Translations under genes and position numbers: made by a program
Notes under the pieces: generated by a model
Told to the model about the DNA's origin: nothing
Seen by the model: the letters and a program-made list of their open reading frames with translations, nothing else
Databases searched by the model: none
Assembly: GCA_964016885.1 (NCBI GenBank)
Contig: OZ024743.1
Span: forward strand, 232,624,001-232,688,000
DNA from: Eledone cirrhosa
Taxonomy: Eukaryota
Direction of reading: 5' to 3'
Length of the DNA: 64,000 nt
Shown: positions 49,201 through 61,200 of the stretch, piece by piece
Numbering within the stretch: position 1 is the first letter of the stretch
Layout of the letters: each line of letters opens with the position of its first letter

Positions 49201-52200
49201 ATCTGTGTGTGTCAGTGTCTGTATGTGTATCTATGTGTGTCAGTGTCAGTATGTATATCTATGTGTGTCAGTGTCTGTATGTGTATCTATGTGTGTCAGT
49301 GTCTGTATGTGTATCTGTGTGTGTGTCAGTGTCTGTATATGTATCTGCGTGTCAGTGTCTGTATGTGTATCTATGTGTGTCAATGTCAGTATGTGTATCT
49401 ATGTGTCAGTGTCTGTATGTGTATCTGTGTGTCAGTGTCAGTATGTGTATCTGTGTGTGTCAGTGTCTGTATGTGTGTCTATGTGTGTCAGTGTCAGTAT
49501 GTGTATCTGTGTGTGTCAGTGTCTGTATGTGTATATGTGTGTCAGTGTCTGTATGTGTAACTATTTGTGTCAGTGTCAGCATGTGTTTCTATGTGTCAGT
49601 GTCAGTATGTATATCTGTGTGTGTCAGTGTCAGTATGTGTATCTATGTGTCAGTGTCAGTATGTATCTCTGTGTGTGTCAGTGTCTGTATGTGTATCTGA
49701 GTGTGTCAGTGTATGTATGTGTATATGTGTGTCAGTGTCTGTATGTGTATCTATGTGTGTCAGTGTCTGTATGTGTATCTACGTGTCAGTGTCAGTCTGT
49801 GTATCTGTGTGTGTCAGTGTCTGTATGTGTATCTCTGTGTGTCAGTGTCAGTATATGTATCTGTGTGTGTCGGTGTCTGTATGTTTATCAATGTGTGTCA
49901 GTGTCTGTATGTTTATCAATGTGTGTCAGTGTCAGTATGTGTATCTCTGTGTGTCAGTGTCTGTATGTGTATCTCTGTGTGTCAGTGTCTGTATGTGTAT
50001 CTATGTGTGTCAGTCTCAGTATGTGTATCTGTGTGTGTCAGTGTCTGTATGTGTATCTATGTGTGTCAGTGTCAGTATGTGTATCTGTGTGTGTCAGTGT
50101 CTGTATGTGTATCTATGTGTGTCAATGTCTGTATGTGTATCTGTGTGTGTCAGTGTCTGTATGTGTATCTATGTGTGTCAGTATCTGTATGTGTATCTGT
50201 GTGTCAGTGTCAGTATGTGTATCTATGTGTCAGTGTCTGTATCTGTATCTGTGTGTGTCAGTGTCTGTATCTGTATCTGTGTGTGTCAGTGTCAGTATGT
50301 GTATCTGTGTGTGTGTCAGTGTCAGTATGTGTATATATGTGTCAGTGTCAGTATGTGTACCTATGTGTGTCAGTGTCTGTATGTGTATCTCTGTGTGTGT
50401 CAGTGTCAGTATGTGTATCTATGTGTGTCAGTATCTGTACGTGTATCTGTGTGTATCACTCTCAGTGTGTGTATCTGTGTGTGTGAGTGTCTGTATGTGT
50501 ATCTATGTGTGTGTCAGTGTCAGTATGTGTATCTAGGTGTGTCAGTGTCAGTATGTGTATCTGTGTGTGTCAGTGTCTGTATGTGTGTCAGTGTATGTAT
50601 GTGTATCTGTGTGTGTCAGTGTCTGTATGTGTATCTATGTGTGTCAGTGTCTGTATGTGTATCTGTGTGTGTCAGTGTCAGTATGTGTATGTTTATCTGT
50701 ATGTGTCAGTGTCTGTATGTGTATCTATGTGTGTCAGTGTCAGTATGTGTATCTATGTGTGTGTCAGTGTCTGTATCTGTGTGTGTCAGTGTCTGTATGT
50801 GTATCGGTGTGTCAGTGTCTGTATGTGTATCTATGTGTGTCAGTGTCTGTATGTGTATCTGTGTGTGTCAGTGTCTGTATGTGTATCTGTGCGTCAGTGT
50901 CAGTATGTGTATCTATGTGTGTCAGTGTATGTATGTGTATCTCTGTGTGTCAGTGTCTGTATGTGTATCTATGTGTGTCAGTCTCAGTATGTGTATCTAT
51001 GTGTGTCAGTATCTGTATGTGTATCTGTGTGTCAGTGTCAGTATGTGTATCTATGTGTCAGTGTCTGTATCTGTATCTGTGTGTGTCAGTGTCTGTATCT
51101 GTATATGTGTGTGTCAGTGTCAGTATGTGTATCTGTGTGTGTGTCAGTGTCAGTATGTGTATATATGTGTCAGTGTCAGTATGTGTAACTATGTGTGTCA
51201 GTGTCTGTATGTGTATCTCTGTGTGTGTCAGTGTCAGTATGTGTATCTCTGTGTGTCAGTGTCTGTATGTGTATCTGTGTGTGTGTCAGTGTCAGTATGT
51301 GTATCTATGGGTGTCAGTGTCTGTATGTGTATCTGTGTGTGTCAGTGTCAGTATCAATATTTGTGTGTGTGTCAGTGTCAGTATGTGTATCTATGTGTGT
51401 CAGTGTCTGTATGTGTATCTGTGTGTGTCAGTGTCAGTATCAATATTTGTGTGTGTGTCAGTGTCAGTATGTGTATCTATGTGTGTCAGTGTCTGTATGT
51501 GTATCTATGTGTCAGTGTCAGTATGTGTATCTATGGGTGTCAGTGTCAGTATGTGTATCTGTGTGTGTCAGTGTCAGTATGAATATCTGTGTGTGTGTCA
51601 GTGTCAGTATGTGTATATGTGTGTGTCAGTGTCTGTATGTGTATATATGTGTGTCAGTGTCTGTATTTGTATCAATGTGTGTCAGTGTCTGTATGTGTAT
51701 CTGTGTGTGTCTGTGTCTGTATGTGTATCTATGTGTGTCAGTGTCAGTATGTGTATCTGTGTGTGTGTGTCAGTGTCTGTATGTGTATCTGTGTGTGTCA
51801 GTGTCTGTATGTGTATCTGTGTGTGTCAGTGTCTGTATGTGTATCTGTGTGTGTGTGTCTGTATGTGTATCTATGTGTGTCAGTGTCTGTATGTGTATCT
51901 GTGTGTGTCAGTGTCTGTATGTGTATCTGTGTGTGTCGGTGTCTGTATGTGTATCTATGTGTGTCAGTGTCTGTATGTGTATCTGTGTGTGTCTGTGTCT
52001 GTATGTGTATCTATGTGTGTCAGTGTCTGTATGTGTATCTGTGTGTGTCAGTGTCTGTATGTGTATCTATGTGTGTCAGTGTCTGTATGTGTATCTGTGT
52101 GTGTCAGTGTCAGTATGTGTATCTGTGTGTGTCAGTGTCTGTATGTGTATCTATGTGTGTCAGTGTCTGTATGTGTATATGTGTGTGTCAGTGTCAGTAT

Positions 52201-55200
52201 GTGTATCTGTGTGTGTCAGTGTCTGTATGTGTATCTGTGTGTGTCAGTGTCTGTATGTGTATCTCTGTGTGTCAGTGTCTGTATCTGTATCTGTGTGTGT
52301 GTCAGTATGTGTATCTATGTGTGTTAGTGTCAGTATGTGTATCTGTTTGTGTGCCAGTGTCAGTATGTGTATCTATGTGTGTGTCAGTGTCTGTATGTGT
52401 AACTATGTGTGTCAGTGTCAGTATGTGTATCTGTGTCAGTGTCTGTATGTGTATCTATGTGTGTCAGTGTCTATATGTGTATCTCTGTGTGTCAGTGTCA
52501 GCATGTGTATCTATGTGTGTCAGTGTCTGTATGTGTATCTGTGCGTGTCAGTGTCTGCATGTGTATCTGTGTCAGTGTCTGTATGTGTATCTATGTGTGT
52601 GTCAGGGTCTGTATGTGTATCTATGTGTGTCAGTTTCAGTATGTGTATCTGTGTGTGTCAGTGTCAGTATGTGTATCTGTGTGTGTCAGTGTCAGTATGT
52701 GTATCTATGTGTGTCAGTGTCAGTATGTGTATCTCTGTGTGTCAGTGTCTGTGTGTGTATCTGTGTGTGTCAGTGTCTGTATGTGTATCTGTGTGTGTCA
52801 ATGTCAGTATGTGTATTTGTGTGTGTCAGTGTCAGTATGTGTATCTCTGTGTGTCAGTGTCTGCATGTGTATCTATGTGTGTGTCAGTGTATGTATGTGT
52901 ATCTATGAGTCAGTGTCTGTATGTGTATCTGTGTGTCAGTGTCTGTATGTGTAACTATGTGTGTCAGTGTCTGTATGTTTATCTATGTGTGTGTCAGTGT
53001 ATGTATGTGTATCTATGAGTCAGTGTCTGTATGTGTATCTATGTGTCAGTGTCAGAATGTGTATCTGTGTGTGTCAGTGTCTGTATGTGTATCTATGTGT
53101 CAGTGTCAGTATGTGTATCCGTGTGTGTCAGTGTCTGCATGTGTATCTATGTGTGTCAGTGTCTGTATGTGTATCTATGTTTGTCAATGTCTGTATGTGT
53201 ATTTGTGTGTGTCAGTGTCTGTATGTGTATATGTGTGTGTCAGTGTCTGTATGTGTATCTATGTGTGTCAGTATCTGTACGTGTATCTGTGTGTATCACT
53301 CTCAGTGTGTGTATCTGTGTGTCTGAGTGTCTGTATGTGTATCTATGTGTGTGTCAGTGTCAGTATGTGTATCTAGGTGTGTCAGTGTCAGTATGTGTAT
53401 CTGTGTGTGTCAGTGTCTGTATGTGTATCTATGTGTGTCAGTGTCAGTATGTGTGTCTGTGTGTGTCAGTGTATGTATGTGTATCTGTGTGTGTCAGTGT
53501 CTGTATGTGTATCTATGTGTGTCAGTGTCTGTATGTGTATCTGTGTGTGTCAGTGTCAGTATGTGTATGTGTATCTATATGTGTCAGTGTCTGTATGTGT
53601 ATCTATGTGTGTCAGTGTCAGTATGTGTATCTATGTGTGTGTCAGTGTCTGTATCTGTGTGTGTCAGTGTCTGTATGTGTATCGGTGTGTCAGTGTCTGT
53701 ATGTGTATCTATGTGTGTCAGTGTCTGTATGTGTATCTGTGTGTGTCAGTGTCTGTATGTGTATCTGTGTGTCAGTGTCAGTATGTGTATCTATGTGTGT
53801 CAGTGTATGTATGTGTATCTATGTGTGTCAGTGTCTGTATGTGTATCTGTGTGTGTCAGTGTCTGTATGTGTATCTATGTGTGTCAGTGTCAGTCTGTGT
53901 ATCTGTGTGTGTCAGTGTCAGTATATGTATGTGTATCTGTATGTGTCAGTGTCTGTATGAGTATCTATGTGTGTCAGTGTCAGTATGTGTATCTATGTGT
54001 GTCAGTGTCAGTATGTGTATATATGTGTCAGTATATGTATGTGTATCTGTGTGTGTCAGTGTCTGTATGTGTATCTGTGTGTCAGTGTCTGTATGTGTAT
54101 CTATGTGTGTCAGTGTCTGTATGTTATCTATGTGTGTCAGTGTCTGTATGTGTATCTATGTGTGTCAGTGTCAGTATGTGTATCTATGTGTGTGTCAGTG
54201 TCTGTATGTGTATCTGTGTGTGTCAGTGTCTGTATGTGTATTTGTGTGTCAGTGTTTGTATGTGTATCTATGTGTGTCAGTGTCTGTATGTTATCTATGT
54301 GTGTCAGTGTCTGTATGTGTATCTATGTGTGTCAGTGTCAGTATGTGTATCTATGTGTGTGTCAGTGTCTGTATGTGTATCTGTGTGTGTCAGTGTCTGT
54401 ATGTGTATCTGTGTGTCAGTGTCTGTATGTGTATCTATGTGTGTCAGTGTCAGTATGTGTATCTATCTGTGTCAGTGTCTGTATGTGTATCTGTGTGTGT
54501 CAGTGTCTGTATGTGTATCTAAGAGTGTCAGTGTCTGTATGTGTATCTGTGTGTGTCAGTGTCTGTATGTGTATCTATGTGTGTCAGTGTCAGTATGTAT
54601 ATCTAAGTGTGTCAGTGTCTGTATGTGTATCTATGTGTGTCAGTGTCTGTATGTGTATCTGTGTGTGTGTCAGTGTCTGTATGTGTATCTGTGTGTCAGT
54701 GTCTGTATGTGTATATATGTGTGTCAGTGTCAGTATGTGTATCTATGTGTCAGTGTCTGTATGTGTATCTGTGTGTCAGTGTCAGTATGTGTATCTGTGT
54801 GTGTCAGTGTCTGTATGTGTGTCTATGTGTGTCAGTGTCAGTATGTGTATCTGTGTGTGTCAGTGTCTGTATGTGTATATGTGTGTCAGTGTCTGTATGT
54901 GTAACTATGTGTGTCAGTGTCAGCATGTGTATCTATGTGTCAGTGTCAGTATGTATATATGTGTGTGTCAGTATCAGTATGTGTATCTATGTGTCGGTGT
55001 CAGTATGTATCTCTGTGTGTGTCAGTGTCTGTATGTGTATCTGAGTGTGTCAGTGTCTGTATGTGTATATGTGTGTCAGTGTCTGTATGTGTATCTATGT
55101 GTGTCAGTGTCTGTATGTGTATCTACGTGTCAGTGTCAGTCTGTGTATCTGTGTGTGTCAGTGTCTGTATGTGTATCTCTGTGTGTCAGTGTCAGTATAT

Positions 55201-58200
55201 GTATCTGTGTGTGTCGGTGTCTGTATGTTTATCAATGTGTGTCAGTGTCTGTATGTTTATCAATGTGTGTCAGTGTCAGTATGTGTATCTCTGTGTGTCA
55301 GTGTCTGTATGTGTATCTCTGTGTGTCAGTGTCTGTATGTGTATCTATGTGTGTCAGTCTCAGTATGTGTATCTGTGTGTGTCAGTGTCTGTATGTGTAT
55401 CTATGTGTGTCAGTGTCAGTATGTGTATCTGTGTGTGTCAATGTCTGTATGTGTATCTGTGTGTGTCAGTGTCTGTATGTGTATCTGTGTGTCAGTGTCA
55501 GTATGTGTATCTATGTGTCAGTGTCTGTATCTGTATCTGTGTGTGTCAGTGTCTGTATCTGTATCTGTGTGTGTCAGTGTCAGTATGTGTAACTGTGTGT
55601 GTGTCAGTGTCAGTATGTGTATATATGTGTCAGTGTCAGTATGTGTAACTATGTGTGTCAGTGTCTGTATGTGTATCTCTGTGTGTGTCAGTGTCAGTAT
55701 GTGTATCTCTGTGTGTCAGTGTCTGTATGTGTATCCGTGTGTGTGTCAGTGTCAGTATGTGTATCTATGGGTGTCAGTGTCTGTATGTGTATCTGTGTGT
55801 GTCAGTGTCAGTATCAATATTTGTGTGTGTGTCAGTGTCAGTATGTGTATCTATGTGTGTCAGTGTCAGTATGTGTATCTCTGTGTGTGTCAGTGTCTGT
55901 ATGTGTATCTATGTGTCAGTGTCAGTATGTGTATCTATGGGTGTCAGTGTCAGTATGTGTATCTGTGTGTGTCAGTGTCAGTATGAATATCTGTGTGTGT
56001 GTCAGTGTCAGTATGTGTATCTATGTGTGTCAGTGTCAGTATGTGTATCTGTGTGTGTCAGTGTCTGTATGTGTATCTATGTGTGTCAGTGTCTGTATGT
56101 ATATATATGTGTGTGTCAGTGTCTGTATGTGTATATGTGTGTGTCAGTGTCTGTATGTGTATATATGTGTGTCAGTGTCTGTATGTGTATCAATGTGTGT
56201 CAGTGTCTGTATGTGTATCTGTGTGTGTCTGTGTCTGTATGTGTATCTATGTGTGTCAGTGTCAGTATGTGTATCTGTGTGTGTGTGTCAGTGTCTGTAT
56301 GTGTATCTGTGTGTTTCAGTGTCTGTATGTGTATCTGTGTGTGTCAGTGTCTGTATGTGTATCTGTGTGTGTGTGTGTCTGTATGTGTATCTATGTGTGT
56401 CAGTGTCTGTATGTGTATATGTGTGTGTCAGTGTCTGTATGTGTATCTGTGTGTGTCTGTGTCTGTATGTGTATCTATGTGTGTCAGTGTCTGTATGTGT
56501 ATCTGTGTGTGTTTGTGTCTGTATGTGTATCTATATGTGTCAGTGTCTGTATGTGTATCTGTGTGTGTCAGTGTCTGTATGTGTATCTATGTGTGTCAGT
56601 GTCTGAATGTGTATCTGTGTGTGTCAGTGTCAGTATGTGTATCTGTGTGTGTCAGTGTCTGTATGTGTATCTATGTGTGTCAGTGTCTGTATGTGTATCT
56701 GTGTGTGTCAGTGTCAGTATGTGTATCTGTGTGTGTCAGTGTCTGTATGTGTATCTGTGTGTGTCAGTGTCTGTATGTGTATCTGTGTGTGTCAGTGTCT
56801 GTATCTGTATCTGTGTGTGTGTCAGTGTCAGTATGTGTATCTATGTGTGTTAATGTCAGTATGTGTATCTGTTTGTGTGTCAGTGTCAGTATGTGTATCT
56901 ATGTGTGTGTCAGTGTCTGTATGTGTATCTATGTGTGTCAGTGTCTGTATGTGTATCTGTGTGTGTCAGTGTCTGTATGTGTATCTGTGTCAGTGTCAGT
57001 ATGTGTATCTCTGTGTGTCAGTGTCAGTATGTGTATCTGTGTGTGTCAGTGTCTGCATGTGTATCTCTGTGTGTCAGTGTCTGCATGTGTATCTATGTGT
57101 GTCAGTGTCTGTATGTTTATCAATGTGTGTCAGTGTCTGTATGTTTATCAATGTGTGTCAGTGTCAGTATGTGTATCTCTGTGTGTCAGTGTCTGTATGT
57201 GTATCTCTGTGTGTCAGTGTCTGTATGTGTATCTATGTGTGTCAGTGTCTGTATGTGTATCTGTGTGTGTCAGTCTCAGTATGTGTATCTGTGTGTGTCA
57301 GTGTCTGTATGTGTATCTATGTGTGTCAGTGTCAGTATGTGTATCTGTGTGTCAGTGTCTGTATGTGTATCTCTGTGTGTCAGTGTCTGTATGTGTATCT
57401 CTGTGTGTCAGTGTCTGTATGTGTATCTATGTGTGTCAGTGTCTGTATGTGTATCTGTGTGTGTCAGTCTCAGTATGTGTATGTGTGTGTCAGTGTCTGT
57501 ATGTGTATCTATGTGTGTCAGTGTCAGTATGTGTATCTCTGTGTGTCAGTGTCTGTATGTGTATCTATGTGTGTCAGTGTCTGTATGTGTATCTATGTGT
57601 GTCAGTCTCAGTATGTGTATCTGTGTGTGTCAGTGTCTGTATGTGTATCTATGTGTGTCAGTGTTAGTATGTGTATCTGTGTGTGTCAATGTCTGTATGT
57701 GTATCTATGTGTGTCAGTATCTGTATGTGTATCTGTGTGTCAGTGTCAGTATGTGTATCTATGTGTCAGTGTCTGTATCTGTATCTGTGTGTGTCAGTGT
57801 CTGTATCTGTATCTGTGTGTGTCAGTGTCAGTATGTGTATCTGTGTGTGTGTCAGTGTCAGTATGTGTATATATGTGTCAGTGTCAGTATGTGTAACTAT
57901 GTGTGTCAGTGTCTGTATGTGTATCTCTGTGTGTGTCAGTGTCAGTATGTGTATCTCTGTGTGTCAGTGTCTGCATGTGTATCTATGTGTGTGTCAGTGT
58001 ATGTATGTGTATCTATGAGTCAGTGTCTGTATGTGTATCTGTGTGTCAGTGTCTGTATGTGTAACTATGTGTGTCAGTGTCTGTATGTTTATCTATGTGT
58101 GTGTCAGTGTATGTATGTGTATCTATGAGTCAGTGTCTGTATGTGTATCTATGTGTCAGTGTCAGAATGTGTATCTGTGTGTGTCAGTGTCTGTATGTGT

Positions 58201-61200
58201 ATCTATGTGTCAGTGTCAGTATGTGTATCCGTGTGTGTCAGTGTCTGTATGTGTATCTATGTGTGTCAGTGTCTGTATGTGTATCTATGTTTGTCAATGT
58301 CTGTATGTGTATTTGTGTGTGTCAGTGTCTGTATGTGTATATGTGTGTGTCAGTGTCTGTATGTGTATCTATGTGTGTCAGTATCTGTACGTGTATCTGT
58401 GTGTATCACTCTCAGTGTGTGTATCTGTGTGTCTGAGTGTCTGTATGTGTATCTATGTGTGTGTCAGTGTCAGTATGTGTATCTAGGTGTGTCAGTGTCA
58501 GTATGTGTATCTGTGTGTGTCAGTGTCTGTATGTGTATCTATGTGTGTCAGTGTCAGTATGTGTGTCTGTGTGTGTCAGTGTATGTATGTGTATCTGTGT
58601 GTGTCAGTGTCTGTATGTGTATCTATGTGTGTCAGTGTCTGTATGTGTATCTGTGTGTGTCAGTGTCAGTATGTGTATGTGTATCTATATGTGTCAGTGT
58701 CTGTATGTGTATCTATGTGTGTCAGTGTCAGTATGTGTATCTATGTGTGTGTCAGTGTCTGTATCTGTGTGTGTCAGTGTCTGTATGTGTATCGGTGTGT
58801 CAGTGTCTGTATGTGTATCTATGTGTGTCAGTGTCTGTATGTGTATCTGTGTGTGTCAGTGTCTGTATGTGTATCTGTGTGTCAGTGTCAGTATGTGTAT
58901 CTATGTGTGTCAGTGTATGTATGTGTATCTATGTGTGTCAGTGTCTGTATGTGTATCTGTGTGTGTCAGTGTCTGTATGTGTATCTATGTGTGTCAGTGT
59001 CAGTCTGTGTATCTGTGTGTGTCAGTGTCAGTATATGTATGTGTATCTGTATGTGTCAGTGTCTGTATGAGTATCTATGTGTGTCAGTGTCAGTATGTGT
59101 ATCTATGTGTGTCAGTGTCAGTATGTGTATATATGTGTCAGTATATGTATGTGTATCTGTGTGTGTCAGTGTCTGTATGTGTATCTGTGTGTCAGTGTCT
59201 GTATGTGTATCTATGTGTGTCAGTGTCTGTATGTTATCTATGTGTGTCAGTGTCTGTATGTGTATCTATGTGTGTCAGTGTCAGTATGTGTATCTATGTG
59301 TGTGTCAGTGTCTGTATGTGTATCTGTGTGTGTCAGTGTCTGTATGTGTATTTGTGTGTCAGTGTTTGTATGTGTATCTATGTGTGTCAGTGTCTGTATG
59401 TTATCTATGTGTGTCAGTGTCTGTATGTGTATCTATGTGTGTCAGTGTCAGTATGTGTATCTATGTGTGTGTCAGTGTCTGTATGTGTATCTGTGTGTGT
59501 CAGTGTCTGTATGTGTATCTGTGTGTCAGTGTCTGTATGTGTATCTATGTGTGTCAGTGTCAGTATGTGTATCTATCTGTGTCAGTGTCTGTATGTGTAT
59601 CTGTGTGTGTCAGTGTCTGTATGTGTATCTAAGAGTGTCAGTGTCTGTATGTGTATCTGTGTGTGTCAGTGTCTGTATGTGTATCTATGTGTGTCAGTGT
59701 CAGTATGTATATCTAAGTGTGTCAGTGTCTGTATGTGTATCTATGTGTGTCAGTGTCTGTATGTGTATCTGTGTGTGTGTCAGTGTCTGTATGTGTATCT
59801 GTGTGTCAGTGTCTGTATGTGTATATATGTGTGTCAGTGTCAGTATGTGTGTCTATGTGTCAGTGTCTGTATGTGTATCTGTGTGTCAGTGTCAGTATGT
59901 GTATCTGTGTGTGTCAGTGTCTGTATGTGTGTCTATGTGTGTCAGTGTCAGTATGTGTATCTGTGTGTGTCAGTGTCTGTATGTGTATATGTGTGTCAGT
60001 GTCTGTATGTGTAACTATGTGTGTCAGTGTCAGCATGTGTATCTATGTGTCAGTGTCAGTATGTATATATGTGTGTGTCAGTATCAGTATGTGTATCTAT
60101 GTGTCGGTGTCAGTATGTATCTCTGTGTGTGTCAGTGTCTGTATGTGTATCTGAGTGTGTCAGTGTCTGTATGTGTATATGTGTGTCAGTGTCTGTATGT
60201 GTATCTATGTGTGTCAGTGTCTGTATGTGTATCTACGTGTCAGTGTCAGTCTGTGTATCTGTGTGTGTCAGTGTCTGTATGTGTATCTCTGTGTGTCAGT
60301 GTCAGTATATGTATCTGTGTGTGTCGGTGTCTGTATGTTTATCAATGTGTGTCAGTGTCTGTATGTTTATCAATGTGTGTCAGTGTCAGTATGTGTATCT
60401 CTGTGTGTCAGTGTCTGTATGTGTATCTCTGTGTGTCAGTGTCTGTATGTGTATCTATGTGTGTCAGTCTCAGTATGTGTATCTGTGTGTGTCAGTGTCT
60501 GTATGTGTATCTATGTGTGTCAGTGTCAGTATGTGTATCTGTGTGTGTCAATGTCTGTATGTGTATCTGTGTGTGTCAGTGTCTGTATGTGTATCTGTGT
60601 GTCAGTGTCAGTATGTGTATCTATGTGTCAGTGTCTGTATCTGTATCTGTGTGTGTCAGTGTCTGTATCTGTATCTGTGTGTGTCAGTGTCAGTATGTGT
60701 ATCTGTGTGTGTGTCAGTGTCAGTATGTGTATATATGTGTCAGTGTCAGTAAGTGTAACTATGTGTGTCAGTGTCTGTATGTGTATCTCTGTGTGTGTCA
60801 GTGTCAGTATGTGTATCTCTGTGTGTCAGTGTCTGTATGTGTATCCGTGTGTGTGTCAGTGTCAGTATGTGTATCTATGGGTGTCAGTGTCTGTATGTGT
60901 ATCTGTGTGTGTCAGTGTCAGTATCAATATTTGTGTGTGTGTCAGTGTCAGTATGTGTATCTATGTGTGTCAGTGTCAGTATGTGTATCTCTGTGTGTGT
61001 CAGTGTCTGTATGTGTATCTATGTGTCAGTGTCAGTATGTGTATCTATGGGTGTCAGTGTCAGTATGTGTATCTGTGTGTGTCAGTGTCAGTATGAATAT
61101 CTGTGTGTGTGTCAGTGTCAGTATGTGTATCTATGTGTGTCAGTGTCAGTATGTGTATCTGTGTGTGTCAGTGTCTGTATGTGTATCTATGTGTGTCAGT

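Noticed and set aside
52921-58031. 5110-bp satellite period equals 10 x 511 bp
   Set aside because: The two repeats share no sequence and the other spacings are 2840 and 4138 bp. This is a numerical coincidence.
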